The translations under genes were made by a program, and so were the position numbers. Of a DNA stretch of 64,000 nucleotides, positions 37,539 through 49,443 are shown one piece after another. The notes below the pieces were generated by a model. It searched no databases and was not told the origin of the DNA. It saw nothing but the letters and a program-made list of their open reading frames with translations. This DNA comes from Leucoraja erinacea (Eukaryota): positions 20,522,001 through 20,586,000 of the forward strand of contig NC_073407.1 in NCBI RefSeq assembly GCF_028641065.1. Reading direction: 5' to 3'. Positions within the stretch are counted from its first letter, which is position 1. Each line of letters starts with the position of its first letter.

Positions 37539-37610
37539 GCATATGATGGTTCAGTGGTAGAATTCTCGCCTGCCACGCGGGAGGCCCGGGTTCGATTCCC
37601 GGCCAATGCA
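37539..37610 (+). pseudogene. tRNA-Gly(GCC) retrocopy with defective 5' acceptor strand
   Basis: 37547-37610 TGGTTCAGTGGTAGAATTCTCGCCTGCCACGCGGGAGGCCCGGGTTCGATTCCCGGCCAATGCA matches vertebrate tRNA-Gly-GCC as recalled from position 8 on; anticodon at 37572-37574; 5' end reads GCATATGA instead of GCATTGG. Confidence 0.88.
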
Positions 37611-37621
37611 ACACTATCTTT

Positions 37622-37685
37622 AATGCATTTCGTTGTCTCTGTACTGTACACTGACAATGACAATTAAAATTGAATCTGAATCTGA
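37622..37685 (+). mobile_element. 64-nt 3' terminus of the young Rex1 family fused to the tRNA copy
   Basis: Identical by eye to 15982-16045, including the GAATCT tail. Confidence 0.92.
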
Positions 37686-37941
37686 TAATAAACTTGACCT
37701 GAATTCATTTTCAGGATATAGGATTTGTTGGCAAGATCAACATTCATTGTTCATCCTAACTACCCTTGAGAAGATGACAATGAGCAGCCTTCTTAGACCA
37801 TTTCAGTCCTTATTGCGAAAATACTCTCATGGGACTATTGGGTAGAGATTTCCTGGATGAACAATGAAGAACAATGAAGAAATTGTGATAGATTACCAAG
37901 ACAGGTCAATGTGTAACTTTAAGGGGAACTTCCAGGTGATA

Positions 37942-39070
37942 GTGTAGGAAGGAATTGCAGATGCTGGTTTAAACCAAAGATAGACACAAAATGCTGGAGT
38001 AACTCAGCGGGACAGGCAGTATCTCTGGAGAGAAGAAGTGGGTGACGTTTCGGGTCGAGACTCTTCTTCAGACTGAAAGTCACGGGAAAGGGAAACTAGA
38101 GATATAGACGATGATGTAGAGTGATATAGAACAAATGAATGAAAGATATGCAAAAAAGTAATGATGATAAAGGAAACAGGCCACTGTTAGCTGTTGGGTG
38201 GGTGAGAATGAGAAGCTGGTGCAACTTGGGTGGGGGAGGGATGGAGAGAAGGAATGCAGGTGTTAGTTGAAGGTAGAGAAATTGCAATTCATACCCCTGA
38301 GTTGTAAACTGCCCAAGCAAAATATGAGATGCTGTACCTCCAATTTGCGTTTAGCCTCACTCTGACAATGGAGGAGGCATGGGACAGAAAGGTCAGTGTT
38401 GGAATGGGAAAGGGAATTAAAGTGTTTAGCAAGCGTGAGATCAGTATGTCTAGGCGGACTGAGCGAAGGCGATCAGCGAAACGATCGCCCAGTCTACTTT
38501 TGGTCTTGCTGATGTATAAGAGTCCACATCTTGAACAACGGAGATGTAGAAGATTCCATATCTTGAACAACGAGGATATATGAGTCCACATCTTGAACAA
38601 CGGAGATTTTTTTAGTTTAGTTTTGAGATACAGCGCTGAACAAGGCTCTTTGGCCCATCGACCAGCGATCCCTGCACATTAGCACAAGCCTACACACACT
38701 ATGGACAATTTACACTTATACCAAGTATACAAACCTAATCCAATTAACCTACAAACCTGTACGTCTTTGGAGTGTGATAGGAAACCGAAGATCTCGGAGA
38801 AAACCCACGCGGGAAGAACATACAGTATAAACTCCGTACAGACAGCACCCGTAGTCAGGATCGAACCGGGGTCTCCAGAGATGTATAAACACCTTAATTC
38901 CTCTTCCCATTCCCACATTAACCTTTCTGTCCTGGGCCTCCTCCATTGTCAGGGTGAGGCTAAATGCAAATTGGAGGAACATTCATATCATATTTCGCTT
39001 GGGCAGCTTACAACACAGGAGTATGAATATTGATTTCTCTAAATTCAAGTTACCCCAGCATTTTGTGTTA
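37942..39070 (-). mobile_element. Penelope-like element (GIY-YIG fragment plus terminal repeat) with inverted partial copy
   Basis: ORF 38289-38600 RCSRCGLLYISKTKSRLGDRFADRLRSV (GIY-YIG endonuclease); hammerhead core on minus at about 38043-38071; 38886-39055 is an inverted copy of about 38262-38425. Confidence 0.85.
38608..38880 (-). mobile_element. HE1-like V-SINE nested in the Penelope element
   Basis: GGAAACCGAAGATCTCGGAGAAAACCCACG...AAACTCCGTACAGACAGCACCCGTAGTCAGGATCGAACCGGGGTCTC and TTTAG tail. Confidence 0.85.
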
Positions 39071-39584
39071 GTGTTCTCTTGGGCCTGTTGTCCTTAAAAT
39101 TGTGTATTTGTATTTTGCTGTTGGATTCAATGAGGCAAGTAACTGCAGTGAATTTTAAGATAGTATGTGCAGCAACCATGGTACATCAGTGGTCGGGTGG
39201 AATGAATGTTCAGTGATGGATAAGGTTGGCCAATTATATGATGTGTTTCTGGTCAATGATGCCTCCAGGTGCAGTGATGGTTTTACTATTGAATATCCAA
39301 GGATTGATGGTTGGACTGTTTGTCAATGATAGTCATTACTGGCACTTCTGTGGCATGAATGTTTTTTGCCACTAATTCACATGTCAAATTGTTTTCAAGG
39401 TCTTGCAAAAGGCAAACATGGAGTGTTTTATTTGCTTAGAAGTTGGAAATAATATTGAACAATGCACAATTATTTGCAAATATCTCCACTTCTGACCGTG
39501 CCATAAAGGTAATTAATGAAACAGTTGAAGACAGAAGACGAGGAAAGTGCCCTGAAGAAATCCTGTGAGTGAGTTCTATAAGTA

Positions 39585-40547
39585 CAGGTGCACAACCTTT
39601 TATCCGGAGTTCCAGAAACCGAAAAGCTCCGAAAACCGGCCATTTTTTCCAGATGTCGTCTGCGCACCAAAGCTCGCGTTTGGCGCCAAACCTGACCCAA
39701 AACGACCCACGGTCAACCCAGGTCTGTACTACTGTAGCGGCTGCCTCCTCCCCGGACACCGGGAGACGCTTAAACATCTGTAAATCATTGCTTAAATGTT
39801 AGTCAGTTAGTTTGGAGGGCTTTTATGTGAAGGGGGGTGAAGGGGTAAACTTTAATTCTTAGTCCCCTACCTGGTCGGAGAGGCGGGGAGCGGTCAATGC
39901 CTTACCGGGTCGCCGTGCAGTAAGCTCCGCAGCGCTGTGGCCGGTGGGGCCGCCGGTTGTAGCTCCGACCCCGGCAACTCTACCCCTGGCTGCGAGGCGC
40001 TCCAAATCCAGCGCGGCCCGCGGCCGGACGCCCCAGCTCCGCGAATGTCGGGAGTCGGCGGCGTCGCAGCGCTGGGATACCAGCGGGGTGCGGGCAATGC
40101 CTTACCGGGTCGCCGTGCGGCAAGCTCCGGAGCGCTGTGGCCGCCGACCCAACGTTCGCGGAGCGTCACTGGATTTGGAGCCGCGCAGCCAGGGGTAGAG
40201 TTGCCGGGGTCGGAGCTCCAACCGGCGCCGCCCGCGGCCGGACGGAGCCCCCAGCTCCGCGAGGTTGGGAGTCGCCGACCAGGTAGGTAGGGGACTAAGA
40301 ATTAAAGTTTCCCCCTTCACCCCTACACCACCACCACCACCACATAAAATCCCTCCAAACTAACTGACTAACATTTATGCAATGATTCGCCCGGTCTCCG
40401 GGGAGGAGGCAGCTGCTCCAGACTTTTCAAGCCGCCCGCGCTACCTACCTAATCTACGCTAAAAATCTTCCATTCTGAAATCCGAAAATGTCCGAAATCC
40501 GACAAGTGTCTGGTCCCAAGGCTTTCGGATAAAAGGTTGTGCACCTG
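39585..40547. mobile_element. Non-autonomous Tc1/mariner (pogo/Tigger-like) DNA transposon, 963 bp
   Basis: 22-bp TIR CAGGTGCACAACCTTTTATCCG at both ends, TA TSD (39583-39584, 40548-40549), long internal inverted repeats, high CpG, no transposase ORF. Confidence 0.9.
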
Positions 40548-41255
40548 TATATGAAGCTAATGTTTGATTAAGCTGTGGGTCGATTCTCCCTCAGATCCTT
40601 CGAGCTGAAACGTTAATTTTTATTTTCTTCCACATTTGCTGCCCAACCTGAAAATTTCCAGCATTTTTTGTTTTTAACCTTCCAATTTAGACACTGGTCC
40701 CCAGATATTTTTGAGGAAGACCTTACTAGATCACAGAGGTTGATATTAGGTCAATTATTCATTTTATTTCTTGCTGCTTTAATGGATCAAGTTAGCAATA
40801 ATCTTATTGAATGGCAGGGAAAGCTTTGTGTGTGTTGTCCAATCAAATCAGATTGTAGTGGCACCTGCTGGTGCCTTGGGGTAGTCAAACCCTCGGATTG
40901 GCTACTCCAGTCATGCGGGCGCAGGTAGCGGGTTTCGCGCGTTTTTTGTCGAGTTCATTTATTCGAGCGCCACAGTTGTGGATGCAACTTTGTTTATTTA
41001 GCTGTCTTACAGATGCATTATTCATTGATTTACCGTTCGTAATAAAGTTAATTGAATTAACTCACGGTCTCGACTCCGCTAAAAGATAATACTATGCATG
41101 AATACAATCGTCAAACTCAAGTACAATAGTTAGATCAAAGGGGAAGACACAGAGTGCAGAATATAGTTCTCAGCATTGTGGCTCACCAGTTCCGTAGACA
41201 AAGTCCAATGTCTGCAATGGGGTAGAGGTGCTTTGGACAGTAGCCTAGCTTATAC

Positions 41256-41690
41256 TGGATAGACTCGGCTTGTACTCGCTAGAATTTAGAAGATTCAGGG
41301 GGGATCTTATAGAAACTTACAAAATTCTTAAGGGGTTGGACAGGCTAGATGCAGGAAGGTTGTTCCCGATGATGGGGAAGTCCAGAACAAGGGGGTCACA
41401 GTTTAAGGATAAGGGGGAAATCTTTTAGGACCGAGATGAGGAAAACATTTTTCACACAGAGAGTGGTGAATCTCTGGAATTCTCTGCCACAGAAGGTAGT
41501 TGAGGCCAGTTCATTGGCTATATTTAAGAGGGAGTTAGATGTGGCCCTTGTGGCTAAAGGGATCAGGGGGTATGGAGAGAAGGCAGGTACAGGATACTGA
41601 ATTGGATGATCAGCCATGATCATATTGAATGGCGGTGCAGGCTCGAAGGGCCGGATGGCCTACTGCTGCACCTATTTTCTATGTCTATGT
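41256..41690 (+). mobile_element. CR1/HER1 3' fragment (subfamily B) inside an older Rex1-like tail
   Basis: LDRLGLYSLEFRRFRGDLIETYKIL...GYGEKAGTGY coding, 3' UTR and TCTATG tail. Confidence 0.93.
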
Positions 41691-43000
41691 TATGGAAGGA
41701 CCCTTCAGAAGCCTGATAATAGAAGTGAAAAAAATTGTTCCTGAGTCTGATGGTGTCCACTTGTGTTTTCAGGTTGACCATTGTACCTGTACCCGTACCT
41801 CACCGGACTTGACACCTGACTTGAATACTTGGTGCATTCATGAAATGAAAAAAGCAGAGTTAATATTTCTGGTTGAATTGTTGTGACAAATAGTCTTTGA
41901 TCTAAAACTAATTTTGATTTTATTTTTATATATGCTGCTTGACTCGTTGATTGCTTGCAATAGTTTCTGTTTCTGGTTTGGATTTCCTGCATATGCAGTT
42001 TGTTTTATTTTTTGAGATAAATGAGGCTCACGGACTCATGCCAGGCTCGTAGAGCCAATGTTCCATTAACTTTGTGTGTCATCTGAAATTTTCTCATGTT
42101 GAGGGGAAACAGAATTCGATTATCAGTGGCCAACATTGCCAAGGTTAATCCTCTTCTAAAACAAAGTTTCTTCACCTATTCCTTCCAATCGAGGTCACTG
42201 GAGTATCACTGGAAAAAAAGTCAGTAGATTCAGCGCCCAACAGATGATGTTATGCAGCTGACAGAACCATGCTAAGAACATTTCAGCATATTTTGAAAAT
42301 GGAAATAATTTTGTCACCTGACATTTAAGACTTGTTCTCTCCGCGGTGGAGATGGTAATTCCCCAGCGTTATCTGATCAAGGATCCTCACTCACAGCTGG
42401 GAGTTAAAGTTGCTTCACAGCAGTATTTTCTCTCTGAGGCATAGTAAGCTTTTTGTTTCCGTGCAAAAGTTGAACAATTATGTCAGGCACTTTTCTAAAT
42501 TTTTAATGGAGCTCTGTCTGCCCATCAACACTTCTTATTTAAAATTTCCTTTTTTCCATTTGCATTTGGTGTGCTGCATTCTACATTTGGCTTGTGTGAG
42601 CAATTCAGAATGTATACGTCTGTTGTCTAATAGTTCTTATCGCCTCTGCACTCTACTATTATTCATCACAACCTTGCCTGGGAGAGTTTTAACAGGAACA
42701 TTTTTGATATTCATTTGTAATGTGGTTCTCTGCACATTTCTCTCCTTCCTCGTAACTTCTAAATACTCCACTTTACATGATTTTTCTCTTCTCCGCTTTC
42801 TCACTGTTAAAATCAGTAATTATCACAATTTTCTGGTATAACTCATTATTCTAAAGACTTCAGTCGTGGAATTCTTCAGTCTTTCTTCTACAAATCTTGG
42901 TGTTACTCAGGCATTATTTTCTACTTTATCCCACCAATTATTTTGAACCATGGTGTTATGCCTTACAGTGAGTTGTGTCTCTTCCACAGGTTCTCTAATT

Positions 43001-43739
43001 CAGTGCTTCTTAATCTGGTGAATGGTTCACCCCAGGGAGAATGAAATTATTTTGGGGTGAATTAAACTAGAGTGGTGAATGAAGGGTGAATTACTTAATT
43101 TATTCAGATATATAAATATATATATTAAAAAATATATATAATTTTTTCTATACTTAAAAAAGGCATTGCCATTAAAGTGGTTATTGGTTATTGGTTTTAA
43201 TGGCAGTGGAGCTGGAAATTTGGTATGTTTTTTTCTCTTAACCCTATGGTTTTCTAATTTGATATTTGGTGGTATTGTGAGCTTTCGTCAGGGAGAGATA
43301 CAGAAAGTTATATTGGATTCTAATATATTAAATGACATACTCCATGGTTTTTTGAGCTAATTTTCCAAGAAAAAAAACTGCAGTAATCAAAGCCCGAAAG
43401 GGTAGGATGGAGCTGAAGCTCAGTGTTTAGATGTTGGAATGTTTTTTTTTAAATTTTAATAGAATGATATTCCAACTCCAGTGGTAATTAAACTTTTTTT
43501 TTCACTCCTAGTTTTCTTTATATTTTCAGGATGTTCAAAAAGTTGAATTAAATAAACACTTAAGAAATTAGTTAATTTATGTTTTTTGCTCATGTGACAA
43601 AATAAATTAGATATACAATTATAAAGGGAGAATAAGACGAAAATTACCAAAGAACATAAGAAAATTTAGTCGAGGGTGAATTAAATTTTGTGATAAAGAC
43701 TCAAGGGTGAATGACACTGAAATAGTTTAAGAAGCACTA
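43001..43739. mobile_element. Non-autonomous hAT (Charlie-like) element, 739 bp
   Basis: TIR CAGTGCTTCTTAA / TTAAGAAGCACTA, exact 8-bp TSD CTCTAATT (42993-43000, 43740-43747), subterminal GGTGAAT repeats, AT-rich interior. Confidence 0.85.
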
Positions 43740-45454
43740 CTCTAATTTATAACAAAATATAAATTTGCTCCTAAACCTGCTTTAGTGCTATGATTTGATA
43801 ATTAACTAGGGGTTGCATAGCTTCCCTTCATTCTGGTTAAATTGTGCAAAGTAGTTAGAAAATAGTTTTGAAAATTATTATTTAAAACTGGCAGAGAAAT
43901 TGAGAACAGGCAAATGTGGGAGGCAGATTTTTTTAAATGCTATTAAATAGCAAAGATTAAGAGTTTTAAGAGTGAGGAGATAATAGATCAAAGAGTGCAG
44001 AGTGCATCTCACAGGAATATTGATAGTAACCCCTGATGCCATTCTCGAATTGATGTGTTGGGAATAATCTCTGGCATCTGAAAGTAAGTCAAATGATGTG
44101 CAAAAATGTAGTCTAGAACTCTTAGGTCCATTTCATATACTGATTGTTAATTTACAATGTTGTCAGATGAGGAGGTCCCCATTCCTCTTTCTGGTTCAAA
44201 AATTGAATTGTAGTCACATCAACATTCATTACTGGAGATCACTTTGTGGTATTTTGTGATAATAATGAATGAGATGCTTCATAAATGCCAATACTCAGAT
44301 GATGAACATAGAACAATACAGCACAAGAACAAGCTCTTCAGCCCACAATATCTATGCCTTATATGATGCCAAGACCAACTATTATCTGACTGCGTAATCC
44401 GTATCCCTCCATTTACTGCATATCGATATGCCTATCCAAATGTCTCTTCAATGCCACTATCGTAACTGAAATGTAAAGAAGTCTGCCAAACTATGGAGAT
44501 TAGCATATCAGTGTATTAACCAATGGGTAAAATATTTGCCTTTCCAAGTTTCATATGTTTATACAATTATTTATCGTTACTTCAAAATGGCCATTGAAAA
44601 CTGATGCTATGGAGAGGTTATCTTGCAATTAAGTTGAACAATTCTTCATTTAAGCTGTAGAGTAAAAAAGGAAAACAACTTGCACATTGATGAGCTTGGG
44701 ATATGCCAATCACTTCATAATGAAGTGTATTCACTATTATAATAGAGGAAAATGTACAGCAGTATAAAAAAACAGATAATCTGTTTCTGTGATGTTTATT
44801 GAGAAATAAATACTGAATTGTAATTTATATTGACCACTTGGTCAATTTGAAGTGACAATAATTAACTGCATAAAGCACATAAAGCCTAGAAACAGCTACA
44901 TTGATGCTGTTTCAGTCAGTATGTACCAGCATGACAAGAAGCAATGATCACTGAAGCACTGAATAGTTTTTTTATGACTTGATACCATGATATGGTAACC
45001 AGCCGTAGTTTGGAAAACATCTTAATATTTCCTGGCCTGAAGGAAGATTTGCATTTATAAGGAGGTTTTGCATGACCTTAAAATATCTGAAACATTTTCA
45101 CATTGCTTCTCTATTCGCAGGCCAATGAGGAAAAAGATCAAAATCAGCAGATGTTCTTTGTTTTAAATCCCTCAATCAATAAGATCAGTTGGATTCAGCA
45201 GAACATTAAAAAATAGAGGGCATGGGTTATGAGTCATGGTGGAGCTCTAAGTGTGAATTACTCCATCTATTGGAAGTTTCAGCACAGATGCCTGAGGGAT
45301 TGATATGGATACACCAATTGAATCACAAAGCGTGAATGTGCAGATAGGGCATCACATTGGTCTTGGAGACCCTCAAAATAATAAAGCTAAAGATAAATTG
45401 CATTTTCAAATATTCTTCTCAAAACTCAAAAGTTTTGAGAACTATCCTTTAAGT

Positions 45455-45762
45455 GAAGCTGGTAGAATTGCTGTCTCAGAGCACCAGAGCCCCGGGTTTG
45501 ATCCTAACCTCTGGTGCTGTCTATGTGGAGTTTGTACGTTCTCCCTGCAATCTCTACGTGCTCCAGTTTTCTCCCACATTCAAATAACATGCGGGTTTGT
45601 AGTACCTACAATTTACCGTTTATAATTGGCCTCTGTAAATTGCTCCTAGTGTGTTGGGAGTGGATGCAAAGGAGGGATAGAATAGAACGATTGTGAAGGA
45701 GTGATTGATAGTTTGCGTGGGTGGGCCAAAGGGCCCATTTCCATGCTGTTTGCTTCAATGCA
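45455..45762 (+). mobile_element. HE1-like V-SINE
   Basis: GGTAGAATTGCTGTCTCAGAGCACCAGAGCCCCGGGTTTGATCC head, GGAGTTTGTACGTTCTCCC V-domain, GGGCCAAAGGGCCCATTTCCATGCTG tail. Confidence 0.75.
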
Positions 45763-45964
45763 ATCAGGTGCTTACTATTTATTAGCACAAAAACACTATC
45801 AGGTATTTTGTAAAGTCAAATGCATCATATCAATATTAAATGGGAACTATTTCCTCAAGAACTGACCAAGGATTTGCACACATAATGCAATGGTCCTATG
45901 TTTGGCAATCTCAACATCTACCTGATATCCTAGCTTCAGTGGTTATATAGATTGATATTCTATA

Positions 45965-46272
45965 AACGTGACCACAAAATTCCATACTGACAAACCAATA
46001 TGGCACTGAGGAAGTCTGCACTCTTGGAAGTACAGTCTCTCAGATAAAGCTCTCTGAGTTGGTTGTGAAAAATCACATGGTGCTCTTTTGAGAAAGAGCA
46101 CGGTAGGGGATTGGGGTTGGGTCAAAGTAATCCCTGATATTCTAGCCAATATTTTGCCCTAAAAATCATTCTGCAAAACGTTAATATGTAACTGCAATTC
46201 AATTGCAATTGGCTGTGAACCCGTTTGGGAGAACCTGAAATCATGAAAGGTTTTGTCAAAATGCAAGTTTTT
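45965..46272 (+). mobile_element. Ancient Deu-domain SINE remnant (SacSINE1-like)
   Basis: GCACTGAGGAAGTCTGCAC...AAAATCACATGGTGCTCTTTTGAGAAAGAGCA...CTAGCCAATATT and tail TGAAAGG...AAATGCAAGT. Confidence 0.55.
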
Positions 46273-48974
46273 CTTATGATATAGCCATTTTAGGCATTAT
46301 ATACAGAATTGTGACTTGGCCATAAATGTTAAGGTTGTTAGTCTACTGCAAAGCACAAAATGAAAAAGCTTTTGGATGAAGGCATTAGCAGATGAGTTAA
46401 ATACTTTTCCGTGCAGTCACTAATATAATGTAGGAAATGTGATGACAATTTATGCACAAGGTTGTCAGATTAGTTCATTGTCAGATACTCCAGAGTGAAA
46501 TGAAATTCATTGTTCACATGAAGCTCATAGAGCATACAGTATACTTATTATAATGATAAATACAACAATAAATAGAACGACAAGTGCAAAGCAGCAAAAT
46601 GATGCACGATTGTGGTGTAAAATCCAGATAGTTGAAAAGAATATTAAAGTACAATAACAGAATCGCTGAATGAGATTGATGGAAGAGTAAGAGTTTGTGG
46701 CAACAACTCCAGGAGTGGGGTGTGAAATTAGTAATTGGTTCAATGGCTGGAGAGCAGTGGAGACAAAGCTATTCTTAGTTTTGATGTCTGAGCTTTCATA
46801 CTCCTATATCTATATCAAGCTCCTATATCTTAACCAAAGAAAGGGACAATGCCAGGGTGACAGGCAAATTAGCCTTTGTGGCTTGAACACATTGAAATAA
46901 AGTTAGTTGAAGTTTTTGGTTGTAATTATGATCTTATGACCTTTTGTGAATATGAGATATGATAATTTCTCCACTCCACCTGAACTTGCCAAACTGCACT
47001 CTTTTGGCTCATCCATGATCAACCATTTTGGAAAGGGATGTTTGTGTACTATGGAACTGCCCAGAAGTATGTGTTGGAACCTCATTGAAAGAAATTAACA
47101 GCAAGAGTGAGGAATGCTCTGGATTTGTTGGAGAAAAAGGCATAATTAATTTGGAAATTAATTATAGCGAGCAAATAAATATTTCAGCTGAGGTCCAAAC
47201 ATCAGATGACTAGCAACTAATTTTCATTGTTATTCGTTGCCCCCTTCAAGAAGAGATTTAGAATATCGTTAAAATGGTTCTTTGTTGTTCGCTTCATAAA
47301 TATAGCAAATTGTAAGTCTGCAAGTACTGCAAGTCACTTTTTCCATTATAAGTTCCTGTGTCCACATTTATTGTTGAAGCCACTTGCCACTTATACCATT
47401 TTGTTACAGTAAATGTAATGCAGTAACACCAGTGGGGAGAATTTGTAATTACAACTTGATATGTTTACATGCGCAATTTTCATTGAAAATATGGACATGG
47501 CAATTTACGATGGAGATTCTAAAATAAAGAATGAATATGTCTTTACATTGGGAAACAAATTTCATTGATGATTTGGTCCAGTTGTCTGCAACACTCAGGC
47601 CCACGTTTAATCTTGACTCTCCGAAGTTAATTTTAATCAGTCTATTGTGTAATATGAGTAATATTAGATCAGTTGCTTTTGCACACCTAACATACACCTA
47701 GCAAGATATTTTAAAATCCTAATCTATGTGGGCTGAATTTAATTGTTTCTATTGTGAATTACTATGTTTCCTTTTCTAATGGTAAAAAACTATAAAACTG
47801 TCACACTCAAATCCTGTTATGCTCTCATTCCACTCATGCCAATCGAGCTCCTACAGTGCCACCACTGACAAGAGATCGTAATGGCATCATGAAAAGTTTA
47901 CATAAGTATTTTTATTTCTAAATGTGAGCTTATAAAAGTAGGGACAGATGTGAGTTCTGAATGCTATCAGCTAAGAATTAGATTTGCATATTTAATTCCA
48001 AATATCCCTCAATGCTTAAATCCATTTCCCTGAACACGGCAGTTGGTCTTGCCAACCTGTGTGCAACACCGCAGGAACTCGACTAATGATCTCAAAGAAA
48101 AAGAAAGAACTTGCATTTATATAGTGCCTTTCATGTAGCCAGGGCAGGCCAAGCCCCTTTACTATCAATTACCTTTGAAGTGTATTCGTTGGTGTAAAGT
48201 TAGAAATTATAAAAGAATTGACAAAACCAAATTAAACCACATCTATAAATAATTAATTTAGTGTTGAATTTACAGCTTTGGTATTACACAGTTTGCCAGT
48301 GAAAGGGTTAAGTGCAGTGAGCTTTGGGCGTGGGTGCTGTAGCTCTGTGGTTAATGTGAGAGTTTGAGTGTGTATGTGCATGTGTATAAAATGAGTGGAG
48401 GATTTTGCTTTGAAGCGAGGCACCGGGGATTTTCCCCACCCACATAACGATTTAAATAACCTTTGCCTGTCAGTGAGGGCTTGCTATAAGGCAAGAGAGG
48501 AACACGAAATAAGAGAAATAGTTCACTTCAAATGTGTACAACTGTACCCCTGATGTAATTGTGTATTCAGGCCATGAGGCTCAGTTATTTTTTTGTGTAT
48601 GCTTGTTTCAAAGCATCATATCACAGTTTAATTCAGCAAGGCAAAACTGCTAATTGCATCTGCCATTTGATTAAATGTGTTAGCTTCACGCCATTCAATC
48701 TGCTGTTTGACTCACTTTTGCTGGTGATGTGTTTAATGTTGTTTAATGTCATATATCCAAGTTCCGTGGATTTAAAGCATGAAGATTTGAAGAATGACTG
48801 GGAACATTGAAAAATACACAGGGATAGAAGTAGCCCACTCAGCCCTTGAAGTTGCTCTGCCATTCCAATACATGATGGTTTATTTCTACCTTGACTCCAT
48901 TGTCACATCATGACCCTATATCCAACAAAGATCTATCAATCTTAGAATGGAAAGTTAAATTTTTACCATATCGG

Positions 48975-49443
48975 TAGACAATAGACAATAGGTACAGGAG
49001 TAGGCCATTCGGCCCTTTGAGCCAGCACTGCCATTCAATGTGATCATGGCTGATCATCCCCAATCAGTACCCCGTTCCTGCCTTCTCCCCATATCCCCTG
49101 ACTCCGCTATCTTTAAGAGCCCTATAAAGCTCTCTCTTGAAAGTATCCAGAGAACCGGCCTCCACGGCCCTCTGAGGCAGAGAATTCCACAGGCTCACAA
49201 CTCTCTGTGAGAAAAAGTGTTTCCTCGTCTCCGTTCTAAATGGCTTACACATTATTCTTAAACTGTGGCCCCTGGTTTTGGACTCCCCCAACATCGGGAA
49301 CATGTTTCCTGCCTCGAGGGTGTCCAAACCCTTAACAACCTTATATGTTTCAATAAGATCCCCTCTTATCCTTCTAAACTCCAGAGCGTACAAGCCCAGC
49401 CGCTCCATTCTCTCAGGATATGAAGTCCCGCCATCCCAGGAAT
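48975..49443 (-). mobile_element. CR1/HER1 3' fragment (subfamily A)
   Basis: ORF 49064-49408 MERLGLYALEFRRIRGDLIETYK...GYGEKAGTGY; (TATTGTC)n tail. Confidence 0.93.

Larger units (their letters stand above)
37120..37700 (+). mobile_element. Old Rex1/Babar 3' fragment hosting the tRNA chimera
   Basis: GGCAGGAGGTGCAGACGTCTAAAGTCACACACCACCAGGTTAAGGAACAGCTA; tail AATGCATATGA|TAATAAACTTGAC split by the insertion. Confidence 0.65.

Noticed and set aside
37539-37610. Functional tRNA-Gly gene
   Set aside because: Acceptor stem 5' strand is disrupted, only three T follow the trailer, and it is fused to a LINE tail inside another repeat.
39894-40320. GC-rich ORFs as a gene or CpG-island promoter
   Set aside because: Lie inside a TIR/TA-bounded transposon with internal palindromes.
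42410-42841. 143-aa ORF and similar AT-rich ORFs elsewhere
   Set aside because: Non-ATG starts, composition-driven F/L/I-rich sequence, no homology or splice structure recognised.
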